From assembly GCF_006345805.1 (NCBI RefSeq), contig NC_043002.1, positions 111,166,001-111,230,000 of the forward strand: DNA of 64,000 bases, written 5' to 3'. The position numbers were made by a program, and so were the translations under genes. Below, piece by piece: positions 11,290 through 24,390 of the stretch. The stretch is from Octopus sinensis. Its lineage: Eukaryota. Each line of letters begins with the position of its first letter. The stretch's first letter is position 1. The notes beneath the pieces are model-generated. The model saw only the letters and a list, made by a program, of their open reading frames with translations. It had not been told where the DNA came from and searched no databases.

Positions 11290-11965
11290 TTAAGAAATAG
11301 AGAATACCAAACGAGTTCCCTATGGATACTGTATTTATTACAACGAGTGGCTTGTAAACGTATCTAACGAGCGAAAGCGAGTTAGATATGTTTACAAGCC
11401 ACGAGTTGTAATAAATACGGTATCCATAGGGAATGAGTTTGGTATTTTATTTATTACACATGAATAAACGACCATATTTTATTAACCCAATAACTAAATT
11501 CTTCACGTCGTGTTGAAGCGCGCATGAATACGGCTTGATTTCACGTCAGTGACGTCACAATGTGTAACTGTAAAAGATGTCATGCCGCAGGAAGATAGTC
11601 CGACTTTATAGCGCTAAGTTTTCAGGTGAAATGACTGGACGAAATATGTTGTGATTTTTTTGGCAACAAAAAATTGAATTGCCACCAGAAATGTTTATAT
11701 TTTATGTGTATATGACTTTAAGTGATATCTGGTATAAAAAAGATACTATGTTTGTTTAATTACATGGCTACATTCTACCTGCTCGTGAAAGTAATGAATG
11801 AAGTTTAGTTGTAACTTATGAATGACAAAAGTAGTGCCGTCACCATGACCTCGGGTCATCACCATGGATTGACCAATCAGAAGCAGCGCTCGCAGTATCT
11901 GACATATGTTAGATACCAAAAATATCTCAAAGTGTTCTCACTCACATGTGTGTAATAAATAAATG
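11290..11965. mobile_element. Unclassified hairpin-bearing element (putative non-autonomous DNA element)
   Basis: 144-nt imperfect palindrome 11303-11446, plus a 15-bp inverted repeat at 11446-11460/11949-11963; CpG-richer than its flanks. Class not determined. Confidence 0.5.
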
Positions 11966-13720
11966 AATTTCTATCTGTGTTTGAATATCATTTGTACCAA
12001 TTCTCAAATGTTTCTACTCTTCATTGAAGTTTTTGTCATTTCTTGAATATAAATTATTGTTATGACCCTTTGTTTACTTTGGAAATAAACAGTTAATTCT
12101 ATCGAATTCTTGTGTATGAGTAGTCAGTTACATCCATTTCCTCTAATACATAATGATTGTTTTATCTTCTACAATGCAGCATCTCCGAGTTTCTATCCAA
12201 CACTAATAGCTACTAACTTTGCTATTTGTTCCTAAAAGTCTTTGCTTCTTCTATTTCTGTGGAGTACTTTTTTCTTTTTTTCTTTTTTTTTTTTGTGATA
12301 TTTATTCTTACCAGCCTTTGGCATATATCATCTGGACCGGTGCAGGTTATGATGTCTAAGCATCATTCAATAGTGGACATGATCTGAAAACTTATACCAT
12401 GCTTTTACTAATTACTTTCGATGCCTGTTCTAGACAGAAGCATAGCTGTGGAAAGAACCTTGTCTCCCAATCAATCCACATGGTTCTGGGTTCAATTCCA
12501 CTGTGTGGCACTTTGAGCAAGTGTCTTCTACTATAGCCTTGTGAGAGGATTTGGTAGCCCATCCTATATGTGCACCCGTCAAAGGGCGGAGGAACTCTTG
12601 GGAGTCAACAGCCATCCAATAAACATCTTAAGGATGTATCATGCATGAGGACATAGAAATAATTGGACTGAATACCCGATCGCAAGGTTAAACCATTGGG
12701 AGTGAAGGACTCCCAGCCTTTGTTAGGGCATCCTTCTAGGAGATGGTAACTGGGATAACTCCAACATAAAACCTGCAGCTCAGTGGTTACCGATGATGTT
12801 GACTTGTTCTTCTTTTCGGATTATGGCTGCTGTTACTTAGTGAGTGGGATTGACTCAGTGCACAGCCTTTCCTCACTTTAAAAAAAAAATCTTTTTGCTC
12901 AGGCATTGCACAATAACAACATTGATTAAGCTTCATACAATGGCCATACTCGATAACGAGGGGGCAGCCACCATGTATGTATGTACATACGTACGTACAT
13001 CCAAACTTTCAGAAAGAGCCAAACAATGCTAAAAATTAGAGAGAGAGAGAGAGAGAGAGAGAAAGTGTATGTGTGATTTTGATTGGTTGGTTTTGTTTTA
13101 TAAGGATTCTGTGTTAATGATTTAGAATTATAATTTAATAAGTTGCTGAATTCACAGACGTCTTTTTTTTTTTTGTCCTTTTTCTATTTGGAAGACAATT
13201 GAGTAGAAATAAAAGAAGAAAAAAAAAGGATTAAATGGATATTACTAATTACATGTTGATTTTGAAGAATTGTTTTGTTTAAAGGATTAAAGATTTATCT
13301 ACTTAAAGGGTGCATGGATTTGTATTTTGAAGATTTCACAAATTTACTTTACATATTAAGTTTTATGACAATAGTTGTATTATTTATGCTGAGTATTTTA
13401 GAGGCTAACAGTTGTATTATTTTCATTGGTGCTCGTTTTAAATCAATAGTTTTTAGCTTTGTTTAATTTTTATTTGTTGTATGTGTTTTCTTAAATATTT
13501 TACACTTGTATCTGTTTGAATGCCTTTGCTTCAACTACACTGAGAAGTCTGTATTTACGTAGCTAGTTGTAATGCCTTCAGGGTTAAAAATTAGTATTTG
13601 GGGGTGGTTTAGAACATGTCAAAAAGAAAAGAGAGACAGTATTTTCACCACTTGTTCACCTATGTTTATTCTTTATTTTGCTCTTGTTGCTTTCCTTTAA
13701 GATATGGGATTTAATATTCA

Positions 13721-14104
13721 CTAGCAGTATCGCCCGGCGTTGTTCGGGTTTGTAAGAGAAATAACTATATAAGCATTTTTAGAGAGTTATAGCAAAAAAA
13801 TGCATTAAAAACGGGGAAAAAATGATGGTAAATTTTTTTTTTAATCGTTGACTCATCGTAGACATTTTTAGAGAGTTACTTCCCTTATATAATAGCAAAA
13901 AATTGCATTAAAATGGAAAAAAATGATGGTAAATTCTTTTTTAAATCGTACACTCATCGTAGACGTGCGCTAATACCCAGAAGGGTTCGATATGAATCAC
14001 GACTATAAGATACTTGGTTAAACTGCACCGCAAAATGTGGGAGTAGTTAGGAATGTAAATCGTAGGAGACAGACATACAACTTCACTTTTATATATAAAG
14101 AAGA
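13721..14104 (-). mobile_element. Non-autonomous Helitron, short family H1
   Basis: Minus strand A|TC...CCCGAACAACGCCGGG hairpin...CTAG|T; A-T insertion, no TSD. Confidence 0.88.
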
Positions 14105-16216
14105 TTAAATTGTTTACAATCTTTGATTCAGAATGGTAGGTTGGTTTTGTGTGTGAACTTATGTAAAAATAAATAAATATATTCATTGTCATGTGAGAAT
14201 TGTGTGTGTACACCATGAAAGTTCACATCTTGACACAACACTGCTGAGTATTGTTGTTTTTACTTTTTGGTATTGAGTTTTTATTTTCCTTTTGCTACAT
14301 GGTAACTATGATTGTTGCTTTTATAAAAACATGGACTGGCATTGCTTAGAAAAGTCTTTTTTTTTTCTTTTTCTTTTTTTTTTTAAAGGTAGTACTGTAA
14401 CAGTTTTATTTTCTGCGTCCTCTCAATTACAACCAAGTTTTTTGCCTTTTATAACCCTTCAGAGATTTAGGCAGGGTATTCTCAAAGTGGCACCAAAAAT
14501 AATGCAAGTCTTGTTTTCAATGTAAATTCCATTAAAATAGAAGAGAAATACAATAAAATTTTAATCTGAGGAATAATATCCTTTATCTGTTACAATACAG
14601 TACGAATATTAGATGAGGATTCAGTACCCTTCTAAAGTCAGTGAGTGACCTTGTGATCTTGGACAAAGTCACTGTCATTATTTAAGTCACCTTTCTATGC
14701 TTGTATGGGTCAGATATGAATATGTTGAAGCAGATTTTTTTTTTACACCTGAATGCCCTTCCTGTTGCCATCCTTCACCTGTTTCCAAGCAAAGTAATAT
14801 CTTCCTAAGACCAGACATGTTTACACAGAATATTAGAAATGAATGATGCTGCTTGTATGACAGTGACACTCATTTACAGCTGTCACATGATGTCAGGACT
14901 AGGAGACATAAACACATACTCTCACGTATACATATGTCATCATGATCATTTAGCAGACATTTTCCATGCTAGCGTAGGTTCCACAGCTTGACAATATGCC
15001 ACAGGCTGTGGCAAGCTCCAATGTCAGCTTTAGCATGGTTTCTACAATGCCAAAATCTTTACATTGTGTACAGGGTGCTTCCCTCAGGCCACTGGCACCA
15101 GTGAAGTTGCCAAAGTATTGCAAAAGTCACTTTGATCGGGTAAATATTAGCTCAATGCTAAAATCTCCCTTCACATACAAACATTTTAAAAAAAGACAAA
15201 ACAAAAGCAGTTCAGAATGAATGTCAATTTAGTTCTTAAAATGTTTATTAAAGTAGGTAATTGAATAAAAGAGTAATATAAAATGTACCTCAAGAGTATT
15301 AATATAGTACATAGCAGCTACTCTCAGGAAACTGTAATATGTTACTTAGTGAAACCACTGGTAAAGGGAGGTTAACTATTTAACTAGCCTATTTAAACCT
15401 TATAGAGAGTGGACACAAACAGCTGTTTAAATTGTAATTTAGTTCAAGTGGTTTATAAAGAATAATGTCCAGGAGTGGGGGGGGGGGGTAAATACAGCAG
15501 AACAAACTGATGAACAACCAAAGATTATAATATTTTGCCACCTGATATTAGCAGAGGTCAACTGAGTTTAAACAACTACAATTAACTCTCATTCTTAAAA
15601 GGCTACTAATTATGTTGGCATTCTTAACTAGAAAAGTTTAGTTACTTGATATTTTTCATCAACTCATTATTTATCTTTTTTTAAGACCTATTTATTTTTT
15701 CAATCCTACTCAATGAGAATTGCAGCTGAGAGAAATGGTATATGGAAAGTGAAGTGAGTGAATTATTTGGTGATAAACAAGAATCTGAAGTTGTATAAGT
15801 TGTCTAACGAGAAATGCTTTGATCAGTGAAGAAGCACAGATGCATGTAACAACTTTAACTATTTATAAGTGTTGTTTTTCTTGTCTCTGCTAGAAAAGTG
15901 ATAGTATGAAAGCACAGCATAATTATCAGTGGGGAACTTCACTTATTTATCTGGATATATCGATTTCTTTTGAGCAGTCTTAGTAAGGAAATTGCTAAGT
16001 CAATGGATTTGACTTACGCATATTACTGGATTATTATTTTATGAACCCTTGCAAAACGAAAAAGTATGGATTGTAAAGTTAGGCACCAGACAGCCGGCTG
16101 AGAAGTCAGTTGCTCATATCTTAGCAATCATTATGATGGCCCTGTCCAAAACACTTAGCTCACAAAGTTCTAGTTCACTCAATTCCATGTTGTTGCTAAG
16201 TTCCATATCAACCCTG

Positions 16217-16600
16217 GTGGAGGCGCAATGGCCCAGTGGTTAGGGCAGCGGACTCGCGGTCGTAGGATCGCGGCTTCGATTCCCAGACCGGGCATTGTGA
16301 GTGTTTATTGAGCAAAAACACCTAAAACTCCATGAGGCTCTGGCAGGGATGGTGGTGATCCCTGCTGTACTCTTTCACCACAACTTTCTCTCACTCTTAC
16401 TTCCTGTTTCTGTTGTACCTGTATTTCAAAGGGCCGGCCTTGTCACTCTCTGTGTCACGCTGAATATCCCCAAGAACTACGTTAAGGGTACACGTGTCTG
16501 TGGAGTGCTCAGCCACTTGCACGTTAATTTCACGAGCAGGCTGTTCCGTTGATCGGATCAACCGGAACCCTCGTCGTTGTAACTGACGGAGTGCTTCCAT
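16217..16600 (+). mobile_element. tRNA-headed SINE, long tail (OR-long; resembles octopus OR1-type SINEs)
   Basis: tRNA-like head TGGCCCAGTGG...GCTTCGATTCC; 13-bp TSD CATATCAACCCTG at 16204-16216/16601-16613. Family name is from recall and unverified. Confidence 0.92.
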
Positions 16601-17256
16601 CATATCAACCCTGATCAAGTAGATCCATGAATCAAAGACATTCTAGCCATGACTACAGTGCCCACAGCCTTCCTTTTTTTTTTTGTAAGACAGTAAGGTT
16701 TGATTTGAGAGAAGATTGGCTTCTATTTACAGCAACTTATCAAATAGGGTATCAATGTTGCATATCTCCAATTGAATTTTGCAGGCATATGATTATTTTT
16801 TTTTTTCTTGCTGTTGGCAGCAACAACAACAACATAGTCATTTGGCCTACACTATCAAATTGTTTCTCCTCTGAGGAAAATTCCAGATAAATCAATGTCT
16901 TATTCAAGAGGAGTGTTATCTCTCATTCATTTGGTGCCGTAACAATAACTGGATAAGAATCTCTCCTGTGGATCTTTGTTGTTCAGAACAGGATTTTTAG
17001 ATTTTGAACTTAGTTTGCAGAATAAGAACTCAGAACGATAGGACACCAAACCAGGCACGTTCATGTGAATAGCCTGACAGTTCACTGTTTTAGCCAACTA
17101 TATAGTCCTCAATACTTCATTGATAGTTATTCCATAAATGGAATGTCCAAAGTTGAAATACTTTTTGATCAGAAGTCTGCTTCACTATGGCTGACCTGGG
17201 GCTAAACAGCAAGCTCAAACTATCATTTTGTTTATGCTTCTTATTACTGCTATATA

Positions 17257-17673
17257 CTCTTTTACTCTCTTTTACTCTTTTACTTGTTTCAGTCACTTGA
17301 CTGCGGCCATGCTGGAGCACCGCCTTTAGTCGAGCAAATCGACCCTGGGACTTATTCTTTGTAAGCCCAGTACTTATTCTATCGGTCTCTTTCGCCGAAC
17401 CGCTAAGTGACGGGGACGTAAACACACCAGCATCGGTTGTCAAGCAATGCTAGGGGGACAAATACAGACACACAAACACACATACATATATATATATATA
17501 TACATATATACGACAGGCTTCTTTCAGTTTCCGTCTACCAAATCCACTCACAAGTCATTGGTCGGCCCGGAGCTATAGCAGAAGACACTTGCCCAAGATG
17601 CCACGCAGTGGGACTGAACCCGGAACCATGTGGTTGGTTAGCAAGCTACTTACCACACAGCCACTCCTGCGCC
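17257..17673 (-). mobile_element. SINE family B
   Basis: Full-length match to the family B consensus. Confidence 0.92.
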
Positions 17674-18814
17674 TATGCTTAATATTTATTTACATTTTTT
17701 TGTTAAACATGATTTAGTATTTTGACATAAAAGATATTTTATCTCTTTTGATCTTGGTACACTTTTAAAGTGTTGTAATGCACTTAAATTATGCAAAAGC
17801 AAAGGAATCTTTAATGTTAAAATGTTATGTAATGCTTATGCATAATAAACTGTCATTTAAAGAATATTTAAAGAGATGTAGTAAGCAGGTTGATAGGTAT
17901 GCAACTTCTCTGTAATTTCTACTGAACTTGGAAATTAACTTTCTAATTTTGTTCTAATTTACTGTACAGAATTATATTTAAATGTCATTCTATGTGAGTC
18001 ACCTCATTTATTAATTAATGGATATGTATTTAATTTCTGGTTTTTATAATTATCTAATTACCATTTGATATGCTGTAAGTTTCCTTACTGGTCTGCTACG
18101 TATTGCAGTTGCTAATCAAAGTCATATCTTTTCTCTTCCATGTTATTACAAGACTAGATATTTTTGCTTATCTTTTATTTTCATCTCACTCTTTGGATTT
18201 TAGTTAAAAATTAAATAAATGCATGGAGTCCTTTCAACAGATCAGAAGCAATCTAAAATTAATCTAAATTTGTTTTTTGTTTCTTTTAAATACTACATAC
18301 TTCATTTTCCCACATCAAAATATTCATGCTCCAGACATAATTCTAAAAGTTATGACTTTAAGAATTTTATCTTCAAACTCGACAGGAAAGGACAACTGAA
18401 AAAAATAAGTGTAATTGAAGCCCCTCATATGTAAATCTTCACCCTCTCACAACCCTTTATTTGTAAATATTTGCTGGTCACAAGACTTTTCTTTACATAC
18501 TCCACAAGTCATACTTATTTTATCATTTCACCTTGGATCTCATAGACTTCTATTTCCATTTCCCCTCTTATTTTTTGTAAAAATCTGTGATTTTATAATG
18601 TTCCCGAGTGAGTAAGTCGACAATGGGCCCATTCTTTCCATCTTGCTTTCCAAGTTCCAAGAACTTGTATGTGTCTTTACCAAGCAAGTAGTTATCTAAA
18701 AAGAAAATTCTTGGAAAGTTTCTTGAACAAAAATGTAAAATTTTCATAAAGCCACAGAATAGCTTCTTTTCTTCTTTTGTTTTCATTACAAGTTTAAGGA
18801 TTATTCTTTTTTAT

Positions 18815-19187
18815 TCTTTTATTCTTTTACTTGTTTCAGTCACTTGACTGCGGCCATGCTGGAGCACCGCCTTTAGTCGAGCAAATCGACCCTGGGACTT
18901 ATTCTTTGTAAGCCCAGTACTTATCCTATCGGTCTCTTTTGCCGAACCGCTAAGTGATGGGGACGTAAACACCAGCATCGGTTCTCAAGCAATGCTAGGG
19001 GGACAAACACAGACATACACATATACGACAGGCTTCTTTCAGTTTCCGTCTACCAAATCCACTCACAAGGCATGGTCGGCCCGGGGCTATAGCAGAAGAC
19101 ACTTGCCCAAGATGCCACGCAGTGGGACTGAACCCGGAACCATGTGGTTGGTTAGCAAGCTACTTACCACACAGCCACTCCTGCGCC
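18815..19187 (-). mobile_element. SINE family B
   Basis: Full-length match with a short central microsatellite. Confidence 0.92.
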
Positions 19188-20430
19188 TATTACCTGGTGG
19201 TAATAGATAAAAATTTGCTATCTAGTTGGCCTAATCATTATTGGTGTAGGCATCCCAGATAGCTTAGCGACTTTAGCTTGTAATAGCTTATCAATGTTAC
19301 TCCTAATATAGGAAAAGAGAATATTTCTCTGTTCAAAAGAATAATTGCATGAAGCATGTGTTAAAGAAGTATAGTAAAGAATTATAGAGCAGTCTGAGAA
19401 TAAAACTCATCACATGAAAAGAAAGTAGAACAGTAGAAACGATTATGTAAGAGTAGGGGTGCAGAATGGATTGTAAATAGTGTGTGTAATATATGGTCAA
19501 GAATTACTGAGAATTAGGACAAATTGTAGCTTTTTATAAGAATAACAAGAGAGAATTGAATGAAGCCATGTATTGAAATAGAGGTAGATAGAATTCAGAG
19601 CAGTGATTAACCAAAGAAATCCTCAAAGAAACTGGTTACAAGTAATACAAGGGTATGAATGGAGAAAATAACAAAAGATAGACATTTAAAGAGAATTTTG
19701 GTTATAGAACTGGTCAACAAGAAAGGTGAATAGGGAAAATGTTATGTTATAATGATAATAGTGATGATGATGATTAATTCAGAATCTTTGTTATTGATCG
19801 AAACGTTGCTCATAAAATGTTTATTTATAATTCTATTTGATGCTTTGAATAGTTTTGTGGGATTTTTTTTATTCAGATAGTTTCAACACCAAATTAATGT
19901 AAACTATTGCCTAGTTGTCTTTGAAAATTGGTTTTATGTAATGTGTCCTCATTTATGTAGAATTAGTTACTGTATTCTTCAGTAAGAATCAAAAAAAGTG
20001 GTTTCATCTCAATGTGTTAGACATTTTTGATGTTTCAATGATTAAATTTTACATGTTTTACTGATCAAATTAAATTGCTATCACTTTTCGTGTGGTGGGT
20101 GGGGGTGTACTCTCAAAAGCTACAATCAATTTATTATTTAATTTAGTATTAGCTCTTGAATAGGGGGGTTTCAACTTAGATATACTGAATAAACTCAGAG
20201 ATGAAAAGCAGCTTTTGTTCTTCACTTCTGAAGCAGAAGTGTGAGGACTAGTTCTCTGAATCTGTCTTATATTTATTCTTTGGTTTTTACATGGCATTCA
20301 AAGCTGGGAGACTCCTTGATTTTTTTTTAATTAGATGAATATTGGTGCACTTGCTTCTATCAACACCACTACTGCTATCTTTATTACCACTGCTAATATT
20401 TTAGTACCCAGAATTTCATGCCAGTGTTAA

Positions 20431-20435
<5 letters not shown>

Positions 20436-20478
<43 letters not shown>
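20436..20478. repeat. (TG)n(TA)n compound microsatellite
   Basis: Direct reading. Confidence 0.95.
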
Positions 20479-20479
<1 letters not shown>

Positions 20480-21747
20480 TTGCTGATGTACCCATTAATT
20501 CCCGGGAAAGTGCAGCTTATCCCTTGATTGCATTCTCATAATTGTTTCGCTTATCCAATAACAACAATACAAAGTATGTAGGCCTTAAAACAGTTTTTGT
20601 GCATTTACAGAGAATACCAAACTGTCTTACACAGGATCTTGTTTTGGGAATTCCCAATAAGTTATGTATACCCAAATTGTGAAGTTGGTTATGTAATAAC
20701 ATGAAATTAGTTACCCAAATAGTAAGAATTCAAATGAAGTAGCCCCAAAAAGGGCTTTAATGCGTTCACAGAGTATATAGAACTTAGGAGGAAATACTAA
20801 GGTATGTATAGAAAAATTGTGAAGCATGTTACGTAATAACAGGCTAATCTGATATGAGATAATAACAATTGAAAGTAAATAACTCTGAAAAGGGCTTTTG
20901 TGCGTTCCCAGAGAATATTACCCTCAGGCGCGAGTGTTGGTATATTTGTGAATAAGTCACTAACCAAAATAAGTGGAACTATTGTTTAGGAAAATACTAT
21001 TTAATTGTTTAAAGGTTGTACTGGATAAATTGGGAAAATATATCGTTCCTAGAGTATATAGAACTTAGGAAGAACTACTGATAAGGTATATATACTAAAA
21101 TATGGCAGTCCTGGTTTAGGACGAATGTTGCTGTAATTTAGCCCCAAGAGACATCATCTCCAGCTGGCTATATGACACAATCTGCATCCTTATATTTTCG
21201 AACAAGAGAATCTAGCACCCCCACTCACCTCAAAACAATATCTGTGTATTGCGATTTCTGGGTTATTTCTCTTCATCAGCACAGAATAATTGTTTGGCTA
21301 GAGGTGGTGCTACCAAATTCCCATTCGAAATATATAGTTTTCAAAGTGAGAACTAGTCACTGATCTATAAATTAGAAAATTACTATTTTTACATCTCACA
21401 ATAAGAGATATTCAGCAAAAGTACTTTGGAGTAAAGATTGTTTGCCAACATAACATGCCAGTCCTGGTTTAGGATGAATGTTGCTGTAATTTAGCCTCAG
21501 AAATTGTGATACACAGATATTGTTTTGAGCTGAGTGGGGGTGCTAGATTCCCTTGTTTAAAAATATAAGGAAGCAGATTGTGTCGTATAGCCAGCTGGAG
21601 ACGATGTGTCCTTGGGCTAAATTACAATATTTATCCTAAACCAGGACTGCCATGTTATGTTGGCAAATAATCTTTACTCCAAAGTACTGTTGCTGAATAT
21701 CTCTTGTTGTGAGATTTAAAAATAGTATATTTCTAATGAATTACAAT

Positions 21748-21961
21748 GTTACCAACCCAGCCAAAACCGGCTCTGGTTCAGTAGTACAAATGTCTTGTTT
21801 TCATAAGTTTTGAATTCAAATCTTCCACCAAACCTTAGTCACAATTTATGTTCCTGATACTAGCTGAATGGTAACGAAGTTATTTTACTAAATTCTTTGT
21901 TATATTTAAAGTAATTGAAAGAAACACAGAGCATCTCAAAATAAATACAGTAACGAAAGGG
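21748..21961. mobile_element. piggyBac-type MITE family P2, left terminus missing
   Basis: Matches 56244-56464; ends ...AACGAAAGGG|TTAA. Confidence 0.88.
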
Positions 21962-22787
21962 TTAAAAAGTGTGATGAAACATAGGTAACAAATACAAGGA
22001 AGTTTTAGCAATTGAGAAGTAATGAATTGAGTATATAGTTTGTTAACTGTATAAAGTCGAAATAGTGATTGTGCATCAAAAGAATTGGTTTATATCCTAG
22101 TATGACATGCCATGCAATTAGATGATGTATTCCGAGTGAAAATGTCAATAATGTTGTAATAGTAACTACATATATTCTTACATGTATCTTTATACATGCT
22201 TGCACACATTCACATATCTCGACTATGAATATTACACTCACGGTTGCATATTCATTAAAAACAAAAACCTTGCGTGACCTACTGCTTTGGTAGATCAGCA
22301 GAAATTGCAGTTAAGTTATATTATAGGCCCCTACCTAAGATGAAAATGGCACTCCCAGAATCTTGGTATCTGTGTAGTAGAAAATGTTCAGAAGATGTTT
22401 AGATCCCTACAACATGTGTTGTATTATTTTACATCTACTTTTACATGCTGGTATGGGTTGGGTGAATTGTCTGATTAAGCATTTCACAACTGAATGTCAT
22501 TCCCCCACCCACCCACTTTTTCTTTTTTCTTTTTTTCCTTGTCAGCCCTTTTTAGTTCTATACCTTTTCTAAAACTAGGAGATAATCTACACAATCATTG
22601 TTGGTAATTTTGTCGGCAATTAAAGGAACAATTTTTAAAATGATTTATTTTATGAGTGTTTCACTCATGAGAATTAGTCTAAGAGCACACAGGTGCACAT
22701 GCATGTGCGCGCGTGCACACACACACACACACACACAGTAGCTGAAAATTGTGACACTCAATGAAGGATAAGCAAAGAAAACTGTGA

Positions 22788-23148
22788 TCATCATCATCAT
22801 CATCATTTAGCGTCCGCTTTCCATGCTAGCATGGGTTTGACAGTTCAACTGGGGTCTGTGAAGCTGGAAGGCTGCATCAGGCCCAGTCTGACCTGGCAGT
22901 GTTTCTACGGCTGGATGCCCTTCCTAACGCCAACCACTCCGTGAGTGTAGTGGGTGCTTTTTACGTGCCACCCGCACAGGTGCCAGACGGATCTGGCAAA
23001 CAGCCACGAACGGATGGTGCTTTTACATGCCACCGGCACGGGAGCCAGGCGAGGCTGGCAACGGCCACGAATGGATGGTGCTACGTGCCACTGGCACGGG
23101 GACAAGGCGAGGCTGGCAACGGACACGAACGGATGGTGCTTTTACGTG
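22788..23148 (-). mobile_element. RTE 3'-end fragment
   Basis: (CAT)n tail, conserved 3' end and ~48-bp GTGGCAC sub-repeats. Confidence 0.9.
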
Positions 23149-23988
23149 ATATGGTGTTTAAATTAAAACTCCTGCATAAACACTAGTGTAGGCAAGAAAG
23201 ATAGTTAATCATGTATAGACATACACAGGTATATGGTTGATGCATGTTGAGTGAGGTGATGGTACAGAAGAATGAATTAAATCAGATTTCAAAAAATGTC
23301 TAATGTTTGGGATGATCTAAAATATAAATGATTGGATACTGGTCCCACATTTATAAAAATTGACATTAAACTGATGTGGATGATAGTTTCTCACTGTTTT
23401 AACATCTAGATTATTTGGAGTGTTTTTTTGTTGTTGTTTTTATTTTGGAAAGGCAACTTTTTTTGTATTTCAGTTTTCAATTTAGATGTGTAGCTCTGAA
23501 TAGGAAACCATAAAATATGTCTTTAATTTGTAACAAATTTACATTTTTATATCCTAGTTTGATCTTCTATATTTAATGTTTTCAATGTGTGGTTTTATCA
23601 GAATATCAATTACTAATTGAATTTACCAATTTTTAAAATTTTGCCACATTATAAAATTTAATAATTAAAATAATTTGATCAGTAGCAAAAGATGTAAGAC
23701 TAATATTGAAAGGGGAAATAAAATAGCTATTATCTTTCTCTTGTTGTTGTTGTTGTTGTTGTTGTTTTATAGAGGAACTATCTATTGTTTTGTGTATTGG
23801 CACAAACATCATCAATCACTTTTGTTTGCATAGTCCTTCACATCATATGTTGATTAATTAAGTAAATTAAATTCTCAGCTATTGTTTAGCTCACAACTTT
23901 TTTTCCATTATAATATCTGCCTGTAACCACTGGTTTCATTTTAACACATTCAACATTGCAGAATTACTAGAATATGGAGAAATTGACA

Positions 23989-24390
23989 TCTTTATATATA
24001 AAAGTCAAGTTGTGTGTCTGTCTCCTACGATTTAGATTCCTAACTACTCCCACATTTTGCAGTGCAGTTTAACCAAAAGTGGGTATCTTATAGTCGTGAT
24101 TCATATCGAGCCCTTCTGAGTATTAGCGCGTGTCTACGATGAGTCTACGATTTTAAAAATAATTTACCATAATTTTTTTCCATTTTAATGCATTTTTTTT
24201 TGCTATTATCTAAAAGGAAGTAACTCTCTAAAAATGTCTACGATGAGTCAACGATTAAAAAAAAAAATTTACCATAATTTTTTTCCCATTTTTAATGCAT
24301 TATTTTGCTATTTTTTTGCTATAACTCTCTAAAAATGCTTATATAGTTATTTCCCTTACAAACCCGAGCAACGCCGGGCGATACTGCTAG
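23989..24390 (+). mobile_element. Non-autonomous Helitron H1
   Basis: A|TCTTTATATATAAAAG...CCCGAGCAACGCCGGGCGATACTGCTAG|T. Confidence 0.9.

Noticed and set aside
16217-16300. tRNA genes at SINE heads (also 26523, 41641, 51172, 57606, 62649)
   Set aside because: A/B-box-like motifs are present, but the heads are fused to SINE bodies with TSDs and give no convincing cloverleaf acceptor stem.
21240-21290. Minus-strand CTGATGA...GAAA
   Set aside because: No pairable stem II or III, so a chance match.
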